From: an uncultured Methylomirabilota bacterium
Lineage (GTDB): Bacteria; Methylomirabilota; Methylomirabilia; Methylomirabilales; 2-02-FULL-66-22
Direction of reading: 5' to 3'
Assembly: GCA_963705305.1 (NCBI GenBank)
Contig: OY970067.1
Span: 2,368,001 to 2,432,000 of the forward strand
DNA: 64,000 bases
The notes below the pieces were generated by a model. It did no database searches and was not told where the DNA came from. It saw nothing but the letters and a program-made list of their open reading frames with translations. The position numbers and the translations under genes were made by a program. Positions 19,467-30,747 of the stretch are shown here, one piece after another (position 1 is the first letter of the stretch; the number at the start of each line of letters is the position of its first letter).

Positions 19467-20972
19467 ATGGTGAAGGGTAAATTGGAGCTGCGCCCGAAAA
19501 CGCTGGGAGAGCTCAGGCAGAGCGGATGGGGGCCGGGCCGGATGGCCGAACGCTCTGTTCGGGACGAGATGCGGGAGAACCTGCTCGGCAAGCTGGAGCG
19601 GGAAGAGTCCCTCTTTCCCGGGATCATCGGCTACGAGGATACGGTCGTCCCGCAGCTGGTCAACGCCGTCCTGTCGCGCCACCACATGGTCCTTCTGGGG
19701 CTGCGCGGGCAGGCCAAGAGCCGCATTCTGCGCAGCCTGGTGTCGCTGCTGGACGAGGACATCCCCGTGATCGCGGGCTGCGAGATCAACGACAACCCGT
19801 ACGTCCCGCTCTGCCGCGCCTGCCGGGAGCGAACGGCGGAGGAGGGAGATGGCACCCCCATCGCGTGGCTGCCCCGCGATCTCCGCTACGTGGAAAAGCT
19901 GGCCACCCCCGACGTCACCATCGCCGACATCATCGGCGACGTGGACCCCATCCGGGCCGCCCGGGGCGGCCTGGATCTCTCCAACGAGCTGACCATCCAC
20001 TACGGGCTGCTGCCCCGCGCCAACCGGGGGATCTTCGCCATCAACGAGCTGCCGGACCTGGCCGGGAAGATCCAGGTGGGCCTCTTCAACATCATGCAAG
20101 AGGGGGATGTCCAGATCAAAGGCTACCCCGTGCGATTGAAGTTGGACGTGGCTCTGGTGTTTTCGGCCAACCCCGAGGATTACACGGCGCGCGGGAAGAT
20201 CATCACGCCGCTGAAGGACCGCATCGGCTCCGAGATCCGGACCCACTATCCGGTCGACCTCGCCCAGGGGGTCGCCATCACGGCGCAGGAGGCCTGGATC
20301 CGGCGGCATCCCGACGGCCGGGCAGTCATCCCGGAGTTCATCCAGGAGGTGGTCGAGCAGGTGGCGTTCGCCGCGCGCGAGAGCAAGCATATCGACCGGC
20401 GCTCGGGCGTCAGCCAGCGCCTGCCCATCTCCTGTTTGGAGAACGTCGTGAGCAGCGCCGAGCGGCGCGCGGTGACGAACCGCGAGACCCGCATCGTCCC
20501 GCGGCCGTGCGACGTGTTCGCGGCCATGCCGTCCATCACGGGAAAGCTGGAGCTGGAGTACGAGGGGGAGATGAAGGGGGGCGAGGTCATCGCCAAGGCA
20601 TTGATCAAAGAGGCCATCGGCCGCGTGTTCGGCGCCCGGCTGGGCGGGGCCCCCGTCCGGGAGACGGTGGAGTGGTTCGACGCCGGCGGGGCGGTGAAGA
20701 TCGCGGACATGACCCCCGCCAAGGAGGCCCTGCGCTTCTTCGCGCAGGTCCCCGGCCTGGTGGAGATGACGGCGCTCCTGGGCGTTCCCGAGCGGGCCGA
20801 TCCCGCGCTCACGGTCTCGGCCTGCGAGTTCATCCTGGAAGGGCTGCACGTCCAGCAGAAGATCGACCGGACGGAGCAGCGGGGATTCGTCGGCACCCCC
20901 AAGGTGGAGCGGAAGCCGCAGGACGACATGCGAACCGGTCCCCCGGGGGGGCGGCGGAGGAGCTTCAACTAA
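19467..20972 (+). CDS. magnesium chelatase ChlI/MoxR-like AAA+ ATPase
   Basis: 'GLRGQAKS' Walker A variant, 'FAINELPDL', 'SANPEDYTARG'. Confidence 0.85.
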   Translation: MVKGKLELRPKTLGELRQSGWGPGRMAERSVRDEMRENLLGKLEREESLFPGIIGYEDTVVPQLVNAVLSRHHMVLLGLRGQAKSRILRSLVSLLDEDIPVIAGCEINDNPYVPLCRACRERTAEEGDGTPIAWLPRDLRYVEKLATPDVTIADIIGDVDPIRAARGGLDLSNELTIHYGLLPRANRGIFAINELPDLAGKIQVGLFNIMQEGDVQIKGYPVRLKLDVALVFSANPEDYTARGKIITPLKDRIGSEIRTHYPVDLAQGVAITAQEAWIRRHPDGRAVIPEFIQEVVEQVAFAARESKHIDRRSGVSQRLPISCLENVVSSAERRAVTNRETRIVPRPCDVFAAMPSITGKLELEYEGEMKGGEVIAKALIKEAIGRVFGARLGGAPVRETVEWFDAGGAVKIADMTPAKEALRFFAQVPGLVEMTALLGVPERADPALTVSACEFILEGLHVQQKIDRTEQRGFVGTPKVERKPQDDMRTGPPGGRRRSFN

Positions 20973-20976
20973 AGAG

Positions 20977-21016
20977 ACAGCTGTCAGCCATCAGCAGTCA
21001 GCTTTCAGCCGTCAGC
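20977..21016. repeat. heptamer tandem repeat (TCAGCnn x6)
   Basis: CAGC core recurs every 7 nt from 20977 to 21016. Confidence 0.75.
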
Positions 21017-21037
21017 GGAGAGCGGGGGCGGAGTCGG

Positions 21038-22309
21038 GTGCGGGTCACACGCTACAGCCAGTACACCGGTCGGTGGTGGGACGATCTGAGCCTGGAGGAT
21101 CTGCTGGGCGAGCTGGGCGATTTCCTCCTCCAGAGCGGCTTTCGCCAGCAGTTCCTGCAGGAGTACTTCGACTTCGACGAGGCGAACTCGGATCAGACCC
21201 TCCAGTCGCTGTACCAGGCCATCCTGCAGGCGCTGGCAGAGGGGGGACATATCCGCTCCGAGGACGTCCAGGACTGGCTGGACGGGGAGGAGGCCGAGTC
21301 CGCCAAGCAGCTCGACCAGATCCTGAAGGCGCTCGTGGAGCGGATGCTCCAGGAAGGATACATCAGCCTCCCCGGCCGGGAGGCCGGGCGGACACCGCAG
21401 GATCCGCAGGGATTCGTGGGGGGGTCGGGGACGGACACCGGCCAGGTGAAGTTCGAGTTGACCAACAAGGCCACCGACTTCCTGGGGTATCGCACCCTGC
21501 GCGATCTGCTCTCCTCCTTGGGCCGCAGCAGCGTCGGCCGCCACGACACCCACGAGCTGTCTACCGGCGTCGAGGCGTCCGAGGCCCCCAAGCGCTACGA
21601 GTTCGGAGACACCCTCAACCTGGACATTCCCGGCACGCTGCTGCATGCGATCCGGCGCGAGGGCCTGACGAGTCCGCTTCCCCTGGAATACGACGATCTC
21701 CTGGTGCACCAATCCGAGTACCAGAGCTCCTGCGCCACCGTGCTCATGCTGGACTGCAGCCACAGCATGATCCTGTACGGCGAGGACCGCTTCACGCCGG
21801 CGAAGCGCGTGGCCCTGGCCCTGGCCCATCTGATCCGCACCCAGTATCCGGGCGACACCCTCAACGTCGTGCTCTTCCACGACAGCGCCGAGGAGGTGCC
21901 GGTCGGCCGGCTGGCCCGGGTGATGGTGGGGCCGTACCATACCAACACCCAGGAGGGGCTGCGTCTGGCTCGCCGCATCCTGGGCCGGCAGCGGAAGGAC
22001 ATGCGGCAGATCATCATGATCACGGACGGCAAGCCTTCGGCCGTGACGCTGCCCGATGGGCGGATCTACAAGAACTCCATGGGGCTGGATCCGTGGATCC
22101 TGCAGCAGACCTTCGCGGAAGTGGCGAACTGCCGCCGCTCGGAAATCCTGATCAACACCTTCATGCTGGCCCGGGACTACGATCTGGTCGGGTTCGTGCA
22201 GCAGGTGACCGAGATGTGCCGCGGGAAGGCCTACTTCACCACCCCCATGACCCTGGGGCACTACCTCCTGATGGACTACATGAAGAAGAAGGTGCGGACC
22301 GTCCACTGA
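21038..22309 (+). CDS. VWA-domain protein, partner of the AAA ATPase
   Basis: MIDAS 'LDCSHSM', 'HTNTQEGL', 'ITDGKPS'. Confidence 0.85.
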   Translation: MRVTRYSQYTGRWWDDLSLEDLLGELGDFLLQSGFRQQFLQEYFDFDEANSDQTLQSLYQAILQALAEGGHIRSEDVQDWLDGEEAESAKQLDQILKALVERMLQEGYISLPGREAGRTPQDPQGFVGGSGTDTGQVKFELTNKATDFLGYRTLRDLLSSLGRSSVGRHDTHELSTGVEASEAPKRYEFGDTLNLDIPGTLLHAIRREGLTSPLPLEYDDLLVHQSEYQSSCATVLMLDCSHSMILYGEDRFTPAKRVALALAHLIRTQYPGDTLNVVLFHDSAEEVPVGRLARVMVGPYHTNTQEGLRLARRILGRQRKDMRQIIMITDGKPSAVTLPDGRIYKNSMGLDPWILQQTFAEVANCRRSEILINTFMLARDYDLVGFVQQVTEMCRGKAYFTTPMTLGHYLLMDYMKKKVRTVH

Positions 22310-22346
22310 CGGCAGGCTGCGCCCTCCTCGACAAGGCGATCTGCCC

Positions 22347-23807
22347 ATGACCACCGCAATCGGGCGTCCCGAGCAGTTCTTCCTGGAAAAGTTCGACCTG
22401 ACGTCGCAAACGCTGGAGCGCACCCTGGGGACGCTCCTCGGGAAGCGCATCGACGGCGCCGACCTCTTCTTCGAGTACCGGGCGGCGGAGGAGATCGGCC
22501 TGGAGGAGGGCATCGTCAAACAGGCGGCCCGGCACGTGAGCCAGGGAGTCGGCGTGCGCGCCATGGCGGAGGAGAAGACCGGCTACGCCTACTCGGACGA
22601 GATCACGGCGGCCCAGCTGCTGCTGGCGGCGGAGCGCGCGCGGTATATCGCCGCGGATTCGGCCCGGTCGGGACGGGTGGCCGTCCGCCAGGCCGGCGGC
22701 TCGCCCCATAACCTGTACCCCGTCCGGACTGCCCCCACGGACGTTCCCCTTCAGGCCAAGATCGACCTCCTGCACGCGGTCGACCGCGCCGCGCGGGCTT
22801 TCGATCCCCGGATCAAGAAAGTGATGGCCTCGATCTCCACCACCATGAAGCTGGTCCTGATGGTCGACTCCAACGGGCGGATCGTGGGGGATGCGAGGCC
22901 GCTGCACCGGCTGCAGATCACCTGCATCGCCGAGGGCGGCCGCGACGGCTCGAGGGCCCGCCAGGTCGGGAGCTTCGGCGGCGGCGGCCGCCAGGAGTAC
23001 GAAGCCCTGCTGGACGGGGAGCGCTTCATCCGGTTTGCACGCGAGGCGGCCCGGCAAGCCATCGTCAATCTGGACGCGGTGGAGGCGCCGGCCGGCACGA
23101 TGGATGTCGTCCTGGGGCCCGGCTGGCCCGGCATCCTGCTGCACGAGGCGGTGGGCCACGGGTTGGAGGGGGACTTCAACCGCAAGGGGACCTCGGCCTT
23201 CTCCGGGCGGCTGGGCCAGCGCGTGGCCTCCCCGCTCTGCACCGTGGTGGACGACGGCACCCTTCCCGGCCGCCGCGGGTCCTTGAACGTGGATGACGAG
23301 GGCACGCCGACCCAACGGACCGTCCTGATCGAGCGGGGCATCCTCCGGGGGTACCTGCAGGACCGCCTGAACGCCCGGCTCATGCGGGCGGCGTCGACGG
23401 GCAACGGCCGCCGGGAGAGTTACGCGCATCCCCCCTTGCCCCGCATGACCAATACCTTCATGCTGGCGGGGCCGCACGAGCCCGAGGAGATCATCCGCGC
23501 GGTCCCCCGCGGGCTCTATGCCGTCGCCTTCGGCGGCGGCCAAGTGGACATCACCAGCGGGAAGTTCGTCTTCTCCGCCAGCGAAGCGTATCTCATCGAA
23601 GAGGGCAGGGTCGGCCGTCCCGTCAGGGGGGCCACCCTCATCGGCGACGGTCCGGATGCGCTCACCCGGGTGGCGATGGTGGGAAACGATCTCCGCCTGG
23701 ACGAGGGAATCGGAACCTGCGGAAAGGACGGGCAGTCGGTGCCGGTCGGGGTCGGGCTGCCCACCATCCTGATCCGGGGGATGACGGTCGGGGGCACGCA
23801 GAGCTGA
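22347..23807 (+). CDS. tldD: metalloprotease TldD
   Basis: 'GWPGILLHEAVGHGLEGDFNRKG', 'PRMTNT', 'CGKDGQSVPVG'. Confidence 0.95.
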   Translation: MTTAIGRPEQFFLEKFDLTSQTLERTLGTLLGKRIDGADLFFEYRAAEEIGLEEGIVKQAARHVSQGVGVRAMAEEKTGYAYSDEITAAQLLLAAERARYIAADSARSGRVAVRQAGGSPHNLYPVRTAPTDVPLQAKIDLLHAVDRAARAFDPRIKKVMASISTTMKLVLMVDSNGRIVGDARPLHRLQITCIAEGGRDGSRARQVGSFGGGGRQEYEALLDGERFIRFAREAARQAIVNLDAVEAPAGTMDVVLGPGWPGILLHEAVGHGLEGDFNRKGTSAFSGRLGQRVASPLCTVVDDGTLPGRRGSLNVDDEGTPTQRTVLIERGILRGYLQDRLNARLMRAASTGNGRRESYAHPPLPRMTNTFMLAGPHEPEEIIRAVPRGLYAVAFGGGQVDITSGKFVFSASEAYLIEEGRVGRPVRGATLIGDGPDALTRVAMVGNDLRLDEGIGTCGKDGQSVPVGVGLPTILIRGMTVGGTQS

Positions 23808-23839
23808 CGGGCCGAGGGGCGGGGGAGCAGGGGCGATCC

Positions 23840-25185
23840 ATGGACTATCTGGAGCTGGCGCACAGGGTGGTGCGGGACGCCGTCGCAGGCGGGGCGGACG
23901 CGGCCGAGGCGATCCTGATGGAGGACGAGTCCTTTTCGGTCCAGGTCCGGATGCGCGGCGTGGACACGGTGAGGAGCGCCCGCGAGAAGCGCCTGGGGGT
24001 GCGCCTCGCGGTCGGGCAGCGCATGGCCAGCGCCTCGAACGTCGGACCTGGCGCGGGATACCCTGAAGCGCCTCGTGGAGGAGACGATCGGCGTGGCCCG
24101 GGCGACGGCCGAGGATCCCTGCGCGGGCCTGCCGGAGGCGGGGAGCTTTGCCGGCGAGCTTCCGGACCTGGCGCTCTGGGACGGCGCCGCCGCGGCCCTC
24201 CCTTTACCCGACCGGATCGGGATGGCCGAGCGGGCGGAGGCGGCGGCGCTGGACTTCGATCCGCGCATCAGCAACTCCGAGGGAGCCGAGTACAGCCACT
24301 CGGAACGTCCGCGTCATCCTGGCGAACAGCCGCGGGTTCGGGGGCGAGTACCGAACCTCGTCCGTGATGCTGTCGGTATCGCCGGTCGCGCGCCAGAACG
24401 GGCGGATGCAGCGGGATGGCTGGTACTCTGTGGGCAGGCGCCTGCAGGGGCTGGAGCCTCCCGAGGCCGTCGGGACGACCGCGGCCCGTCGGACGCTGCG
24501 GCGGCTGGGCGCGCGCAAGGTGCCGACTCAGCATGTGCCGGTGGTCTTCGACCCCGACATGGCGGCCAGCCTGCTGCGCAGCATATGCGCCGCCGTGTCG
24601 GGTCCCGCCCTCTACCGGGACGCGTCATTCCTGGCGGGGAAGCTAGGCCAGACCGTAGCGGCACCGAGCCTCACGGTCGTGGATGACGGCCGCATGGCCG
24701 GCGGCCTGGGATCCAAGCCGTTCGACGGCGAGGGCCAGGCCACGCGGCGCACGGTCGTGATCCAGGACGGGCGCCTCGCCAGCTATCTGTTGAACACGTA
24801 CACCGGACGGAAGCTGGGATTGGCCTCGACGGGCAACGCCCTTCGATCGCTCGGTCAGCAGCCCACCGTCGGGCCCACGAACTTCTACATCCCGCCAGGG
24901 CCCACCCCGCCCGAGGAGATCATCCGATCGGTGGATCAGGGGCTGTACCTGACCGAGATGATCGGCTTCGGCGTGAACCTGGTGACGGGCGACTACTCCC
25001 GGGGGGCGGCCGGCATCTGGATCGACGGCGGGGAGCTGGCCTATCCGGTGGAGGAGGTCACCATCGCCGGCAGGCTGCCCGAGATGCTCTGCGACATCGA
25101 GATGGTCGGCAGCGATCTCACCTGGCATGGCTCGGTCGCCGCGCCGACCCTGAAAATCGGAAGCATGACGGTCGCCGGCGTCTAA
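23840..25185 (+). CDS. pmbA: PmbA/TldE; two +1 frameshifts (~24038, ~24304), probably sequencing errors
   Basis: three frames join into PmbA ('ASTSDL', 'ILANSRGF', 'FDGEG', 'GVNLVTGDYSRGAAG'). Confidence 0.85.
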
Positions 25186-25196
25186 GGCGGCTCAGT

Positions 25197-25287
25197 CTGA
25201 AATGTAAAACTGACAATGCAAAACCGACAACCGGGCGCTCCCTCCAGTTGTCCGGTTTTCCATTGTCGGTGGTCGGTTTTCAATTGA
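25197..25287. repeat. heptamer-based imperfect inverted repeat
   Basis: aaaactg/acaatgc/aaaaccg/acaaccg followed by complementary units. Confidence 0.55.
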
Positions 25288-25298
25288 GGAGGTGTTCC

Positions 25299-25649
25299 AT
25301 GATTGTCGTGTCAAACCGCATCCCGGTGGCCAAAGGTCAGGAGGCGGCCTTCGAGCAGCGATTCCAGCATCGGGCCGGGCTGGTGGAGAACCACCCCGGC
25401 TTCATCCGCCTGGAGATCCTCCGGCCGAAGATGCTGCCCATGCACGGACAGGTCCTCGGCGGCTCCGACTACTACGTGGTCCTGACCACGTGGGAGGATG
25501 AAGAGGCCTTCCTCGCCTGGACCGAGAGCGAGGATTTCCGCCGCGCCCACGCCGATCGGCCGCCCAAGGAGATGTTTGCCGGCCCCAACGTCTTCGAGAT
25601 GCATGAGGTGATCCAATTCGCCGGCGCCCCGCGGGCCGCCCGAGGGTGA
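25299..25649 (+). CDS. antibiotic biosynthesis monooxygenase (IsdG/HmoA-like)
   Basis: 'NRIPVAKG..AFEQRF', 'PGFI', 'WTESEDFRRAH'; GAGGAGG RBS. Confidence 0.85.
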   Translation: MIVVSNRIPVAKGQEAAFEQRFQHRAGLVENHPGFIRLEILRPKMLPMHGQVLGGSDYYVVLTTWEDEEAFLAWTESEDFRRAHADRPPKEMFAGPNVFEMHEVIQFAGAPRAARG

Positions 25650-25777
25650 ACCCGGATCCCGTCGTTCGGTCGCCGACCGCCCCGCCTTGACAGCGGTTCG
25701 GCCTGCCTCTACTCTCAGGGTGTTCCCCTGCCCCGCTCGACCGAAGACGATCCCCCTGGCGGGAAAGGGATGTCCGG

Positions 25778-26605
25778 ATGCGCCTCCGCCGTGCTCCGAT
25801 CCGCCGCCGTGCGCCGCGTACCCAGACGACCATCCGCCGGCTGGCGTTCGCCGTGCTGGCCGGCCTGCTGGCCAGCGGGGCGGCCGCGCCGGCGTCCGCC
25901 CAGGAGCTCACCGTGTCCGCCGCCATCAGCCTGAAGGACGCCGTGGCGGAGATCGGGCGCGCGTTCGAGCAGGCCCATCCCGGCGTGGTCCTCCGCTACA
26001 ATTTCGCCTCCTCGGGGGCGCTCCAGAGCCAGATCGAGGCCGGCGCACCGGTGGATCTGTTCCTCTCCGCCGGCCAGGCGCAGATGGACGCCTTGGAGAA
26101 GCGGGGGCTGATCCTGCCCGCGACGCGCCGGGTTTTTGCGGAGAACGTCCTGGTCGCCATCGTGCCGGCGGGTTCACGCCTGATCCCGGCCGGGCCGCGC
26201 GATCTCACGCAAGCGGCCGTGGGGCGAATCGCCGTGGGCGATCCCCGGACGGTCCCGGCGGGGCAATATGCGGAGGAGTGCCTCAGGACGCTCGGCCTCT
26301 GGGATCGCCTGCGCCCCAAGCTCATCTTCGGTGAGAACGTCCGGCAGGTGTTGGAATACGTGGCGCGCGGCGAGGTGGAGGTCGGTTTCGTGTACGCGAC
26401 CGATCTGGCGGTCCGGAAGGACCAAGTGCGCGAGGCCTTCCGCCCCCCCCGGGACAGCTACCGGCCCGTCCAGTATCCCGGGGCCGTCATCTCCGGATCG
26501 AGGCACGCCGCCCTGGCCGAAGCCTTCCTCCGACTGCTCCTCGCGCCGGCGGGGCAGGCGATCCTGGTCCGCGACGGGTTTGGATCGCCGGGGGATATCC
26601 GGTGA
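25778..26605 (+). CDS. modA: molybdate ABC transporter substrate-binding protein
   Basis: 'AAISLKD', 'ASSGALQSQIEAGAPVDLFLSA', 'VPAGQYA', 'NVRQVL'. Confidence 0.95.
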   Translation: MRLRRAPIRRRAPRTQTTIRRLAFAVLAGLLASGAAAPASAQELTVSAAISLKDAVAEIGRAFEQAHPGVVLRYNFASSGALQSQIEAGAPVDLFLSAGQAQMDALEKRGLILPATRRVFAENVLVAIVPAGSRLIPAGPRDLTQAAVGRIAVGDPRTVPAGQYAEECLRTLGLWDRLRPKLIFGENVRQVLEYVARGEVEVGFVYATDLAVRKDQVREAFRPPRDSYRPVQYPGAVISGSRHAALAEAFLRLLLAPAGQAILVRDGFGSPGDIR

Positions 26606-27267
26606 GCCCCGAGAGCGTGAGCGCCCTGCTCCTCTCCGTCCGGGTGGCGGTGGTGGCCACGTGCCTGGACGCCCTGGTCGGCATCCCCCTGGCCTATCTC
26701 TTGGCGCGCCGGCGCTTTCCCGGGAAGTCGGTTGTGGACCTGGCGAGCACCCTGCCCCTCGTCCTGCCTCCCACCGTGACCGGCTATTACCTGATCGTCC
26801 TCCTGGGGCGGCGCGGCTGGCTGGGGGCGCCGCTCTACACCCTCACCGGGTGGAGCGTCACGTTCACGTGGTATGCCTGCGTGGTCGCCGCCGCCATCAT
26901 GGCCCTGCCGCTCCTCGTGCGCACCGCGCGGGCCGCCATCGAGTCGGTCGATCGGGATCTGGAGCGGGCGGCCCTCACCCTCGGCCGCTCGGAGCTCCGC
27001 ACGGCGCTGGAGGTGACGCTGCCCCTGGCGCGGCACGGGATCCTGGCCGGGATGGTCCTGGCGTTCGCCCGGGCCCTGGGGGAGTTCGGGGCGACCCTGA
27101 TGCTGGCGGGGAACATCCCCGGCAGGACCGCGACGGTCCCCCTGGCCATCTACACGGCCGTGGAAACCGGCGCGATGAGCGAGGCGCTGATCCTGGCGGG
27201 GGCGCTCACCGCGGTCTCCTGTATCGTGCTCTTCGCCGCCTCCCGCCTGGGGGCGCCGGCGCCATGA
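26602..27267 (+). CDS. modB: molybdate ABC transporter permease
   Basis: 'LPLVLPPTVTGY', 'FARALGEFGATLMLAGNIPG'. Confidence 0.95.
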   Translation: MSPESVSALLLSVRVAVVATCLDALVGIPLAYLLARRRFPGKSVVDLASTLPLVLPPTVTGYYLIVLLGRRGWLGAPLYTLTGWSVTFTWYACVVAAAIMALPLLVRTARAAIESVDRDLERAALTLGRSELRTALEVTLPLARHGILAGMVLAFARALGEFGATLMLAGNIPGRTATVPLAIYTAVETGAMSEALILAGALTAVSCIVLFAASRLGAPAP

Positions 27268-28391
27268 GCGTGCGCCTGGAGGTGAGCCTGCAGACCCGCC
27301 GGGCCGGCTTCAGCCTGGACGTGGCCTGGACGGCCGGCGACGGCACGGCGGTCCTGTTCGGTCCGTCCGGCTCGGGGAAGACGACGACCCTCCAGTGCCT
27401 GGCGGGGCTGTTCCGTCCGGACGCGGGGCGGATCCTGCTGGACGGCCGGGTGCTGTTCGACGCTCAGGCCGGCATCCATGTGCCGCCGCAGGACCGGCGC
27501 CTGGGCTACGTGTTCCAGGGCTACGCCCTGTTTCCGCACCTGAGCGTCGAGGGCAACGTGGGATTCGGCCTGCGGGATCTTCCGGCGGCCGAGAGGGCGA
27601 GGCGGGTGGCCGACGTCCTCCAGCGACTCGGCCTCACGGGGCTGGAGCGGCAGCGGCCCCACGAGCTGTCGGGAGGGCAGCGGCAGCGCGTGGCGCTGGG
27701 CCGGGCCCTGGCGATCGAGCCCGCGCTCCTGCTCCTCGACGAGCCGCTCTCGGCCCTGGACCTGCCCCTGCGGCGGCTGCTGCGGGAAGAGCTCCGGATG
27801 ATCCTGGCCGAATGGAAGGTACCGGCCGTCCTGGTCACCCACGACCTGGCCGAGGCCTACCAGCTGGGGGACCGCGTGATCGTGTACGAGGCGGGGCGCG
27901 TCCGGCAGTCGGCGCCCCGGGGCGAGCTGCTCTCGAGGCCGGCCTCGGAGGCGGTGGCCCGCATCCTCGGGTTTCGCAACCTGCTGCGGGGCGTCGTGTG
28001 CGAGGCGGATCCCGAGCGGCTCCGCGTGGAATGGCGGGGGCAGGTGCTGGAGATGCAGAACCTCCCCGAGGTTCCCTACCTGCCGCCGGCCGGGAGCCCC
28101 CTCGTGTTCTTTGTCCGGCCGGAAGATCCGCGGCTCATCCGGAAGGATGGGCCCCCTCCGGACCCCATCCACCACGGCAACATCCTCTCGGGGACGGTCG
28201 TTCGGGAGCTGGACCTGGGGGTGACCCGCACGCTGTTCTTCCGTCTGGATGCCCCGGGGCCTCCCGCCCAGGGCGATTTCGACCTGGAGGTGGAGATCCC
28301 TCGCTTTGTCCACCAGCTGCTGACGATCGAGCGGGACCGCTGCTGGCAGGTGTCCATCCATCGGGGATCGATTCACGCGTTGCCGGCCTGA
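27264..28391 (+). CDS. modC: molybdate ABC transporter ATPase
   Basis: 'GPSGSGKTT', 'LSGGQRQRVALGRA', 'LLDEP'; ATGA overlap with modB. Confidence 0.9.
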   Translation: MSVRLEVSLQTRRAGFSLDVAWTAGDGTAVLFGPSGSGKTTTLQCLAGLFRPDAGRILLDGRVLFDAQAGIHVPPQDRRLGYVFQGYALFPHLSVEGNVGFGLRDLPAAERARRVADVLQRLGLTGLERQRPHELSGGQRQRVALGRALAIEPALLLLDEPLSALDLPLRRLLREELRMILAEWKVPAVLVTHDLAEAYQLGDRVIVYEAGRVRQSAPRGELLSRPASEAVARILGFRNLLRGVVCEADPERLRVEWRGQVLEMQNLPEVPYLPPAGSPLVFFVRPEDPRLIRKDGPPPDPIHHGNILSGTVVRELDLGVTRTLFFRLDAPGPPAQGDFDLEVEIPRFVHQLLTIERDRCWQVSIHRGSIHALPA

Positions 28392-28514
28392 GGCGGTGAC
28401 CCCCCCGGGACGCGGCGGACGCGAGGCTGCGGGGAAACCGGTGCCTGCTCGGACTGCCGGCGACCGGCGGCGGATCGGGGAGGCCCGGTCCGGGACCGCC
28501 AGAAGGAGGGGGCC

Positions 28515-29153
28515 ATGGGCATGCCGTTGCCGCGATTGACGCCCGACAGCCTGCGGGATGCCATCCTTGAGATGTGCGAGCAGGCCGAGAAGATGCTGCG
28601 CCTGGCCCGGGACGGCTTCCAGCGCGGCTCGGGTTCGACCCTGGAGGGGGTGGCTCCCCTCTCCCGGACGCTGCATCTGCGCGAGAAACGGCTGACGGAG
28701 CACGTCGCCATGCAGATGCGGGAATACCCCGGGTCGCTGGGGGCGGCCGAGGGACTGGCCTTCCTGCCAGCCGCACTGGAGCGCATCGCCGATTCGGTCG
28801 AGGCCCTGGCCGAGCGCACGGACCGCATCCATCGCGAGGGGATCTCGGTCAGCGAGCGCGGCCTCGCCGAGGTGCGGGAGCTCTTTAGCCGGGGGCTGGA
28901 CCTGCTGGCGGCCATTGCCGAGGTCGTGCGCTCGGGGGATCAAGGCCGGGCCGCGGCGGTGCGCGAGGCGGGGGAGGGATTCCAGGCCCTATGCGACGAG
29001 GTGGCCTCGAGCCACCAGGACCGCCTGCTGCGGGGGATCTGCGCCCCCAGATCCTCGTCCATCTTCCTGGCGATGCTGGATAATTTCCGGGAAATCGAGC
29101 GCTACATCCGCCGGATGAGCGTCGACCTGGGAAAGGCGCTGCGACCGATGTGA
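28515..29153 (+). CDS. PhoU-domain helical protein
   Basis: 'LERIADS', 'HQDRLLRGIC..SSIFLAMLDNFREI', resembling the PhoU repeats of Na/Pi cotransporters. Confidence 0.65.
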   Translation: MGMPLPRLTPDSLRDAILEMCEQAEKMLRLARDGFQRGSGSTLEGVAPLSRTLHLREKRLTEHVAMQMREYPGSLGAAEGLAFLPAALERIADSVEALAERTDRIHREGISVSERGLAEVRELFSRGLDLLAAIAEVVRSGDQGRAAAVREAGEGFQALCDEVASSHQDRLLRGICAPRSSSIFLAMLDNFREIERYIRRMSVDLGKALRPM

Positions 29154-29511
29154 CCGCCGGCCCCTCGGCCGGCGGGTGGGCTGTGGCCGGATCCCGGTGG
29201 GGCGTCCCGCTTCCGCTTGACGCCTTTCTCCTGATTCCTGCCATCCTTTGCGACCTTGGCGTCTTTGCGTTCGTTCCTGCCTTGCCGTACGCACTTGTTC
29301 TTTCGCCCCAGCTCCCGCTCGACTCTGCTCGCGGCCCTAAGCCTGTCGAAGGGCTCTGCGCCCGAGCGCAGCGGTGCTCCCCTGCGATTCTTTCCTCACG
29401 CCAAGATCGCCAAAAAGACTCACTATACATGATCCTGAAGGCCGTTGGCCGAACCGTGATGGGGCACATCTTTGGGTTTGCGGTCGAACTGCAATGGTCG
29501 GGTTCCGGCCC

Positions 29512-30747
29512 TTAGCTGCCGTCAGTCCGGATGGACAGGTAGGCCAGCATACAGAGGGGGCCGAGCAGCACGCCCAGTCCGAGCAGGCCGAAGGCGGGCC
29601 CCCACTGCCACGCCGAGGCGGCTGCGGCGGCCCGGCCGGCGGGCCGCAGGAAGTCCAGCAGGAATCCGAATGCCGTGGGCGAGACCGCCGCAGCCAGAAA
29701 GCCGAGACAGGACTGGAGGGCGAGGGTGGCGCCCAGCCGGGAGGGATCGGCGGCCTCCGTGACTCCCGTCGAGAGAGCGCCGGAATCCGCGCTGACGAAG
29801 GTGCCGTACAGGAGAGCCAGCGTCAGGATGATCCCCAGCGGCGCATCGAAGAACCAGCCGATGGTCAGCGAGCAGGCGGCACTGGAGACCTGCGTGGCGA
29901 TGATGACCCGGGGGCGGCTCCAGCGATCCGACGCCCAGCCGCCGAAGATGTTCGACGCGGCGCCCAGGAGCAGGATGCCCGAGATCCAGGCGGCCGCCAG
30001 GCTGCTGGCCTCCACCAGGCCGGAGCCGTTCCGGACCAGCCGAGCCGCCAGATAGGGGGTCAGCCACGCCCGCATGCCGAAGAGCTCCCAGTTGTGCGCG
30101 CAATAGCCGGCGATCATCCAGAGCGCCTTCCGGTTCCTGATCACCTCTGGATCCAACACCCCGACGCGTTGCGGCCGGGGGCGGGACGAGGCCTGGATGA
30201 CCAGGAGCCCCAGCGCGGCAGCCAGCAGGGGCCCCGCCGCCGTGAGGCCCATGGCCGCCCGCCAGCCGGCCTGACGCGTCAGATATCCGGTGAGGAAGAG
30301 GGAGGCTGCGGATCCCAGCCCGAAGGCGCTGGCGTAGCAGGCGATGGCGAAGCCCCGGTGGGAAGAGTCGAATCGCTCGGCCACCAGCCGCATCCCCGGG
30401 ACGTAGGTTCCGGCCAGCCCGATGCCGGCCAGGGCCCGCAGCAGGGCGGCGCTGGCAAACCCCCGGGCGAAAAAGGGAAAGGCCGCCCCCGCCGCGGCCG
30501 CCCACAGGGCGGAGCCCAGATAGATGGCGCGCGTGTCGATCCGGTCGGTGAGGCTGGCCAGGACCAGCACCGCCAGCAGGTAGCACGCCTGATAGGCGGA
30601 GAAGATCAGCCCCGCCTGCGCGTTGGCCATCCCCCATTCGGTCTGGAGGATGGGCAGGACGGCCGTGTAGTTCAGGAAGAGGAGCATCGTGGCCATCTCG
30701 CAAAGGCAGATGGCCCCGAGCCAGAACACATCCGGGCGTCGCATCAA
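29512..30747 (-). CDS. MFS transporter
   Basis: 'LTDRIDTR', 'GLAGTYVPGM', 'HNWELF', 'ADSGALS'. Confidence 0.85.
   Translation of the reverse strand: MMRRPDVFWLGAICLCEMATMLLFLNYTAVLPILQTEWGMANAQAGLIFSAYQACYLLAVLVLASLTDRIDTRAIYLGSALWAAAAGAAFPFFARGFASAALLRALAGIGLAGTYVPGMRLVAERFDSSHRGFAIACYASAFGLGSAASLFLTGYLTRQAGWRAAMGLTAAGPLLAAALGLLVIQASSRPRPQRVGVLDPEVIRNRKALWMIAGYCAHNWELFGMRAWLTPYLAARLVRNGSGLVEASSLAAAWISGILLLGAASNIFGGWASDRWSRPRVIIATQVSSAACSLTIGWFFDAPLGIILTLALLYGTFVSADSGALSTGVTEAADPSRLGATLALQSCLGFLAAAVSPTAFGFLLDFLRPAGRAAAAASAWQWGPAFGLLGLGVLLGPLCMLAYLSIRTDGS

Noticed and set aside
19526..21037. N-terminal part of the 927-aa ORF and many other long overlapping or antisense ORFs (e.g. 3363-5309, 9362-11080, 60299-62443)
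   Set aside because: These are Arg/Pro/Gly-rich shadow frames typical of high-GC DNA, overlapping well-supported genes.
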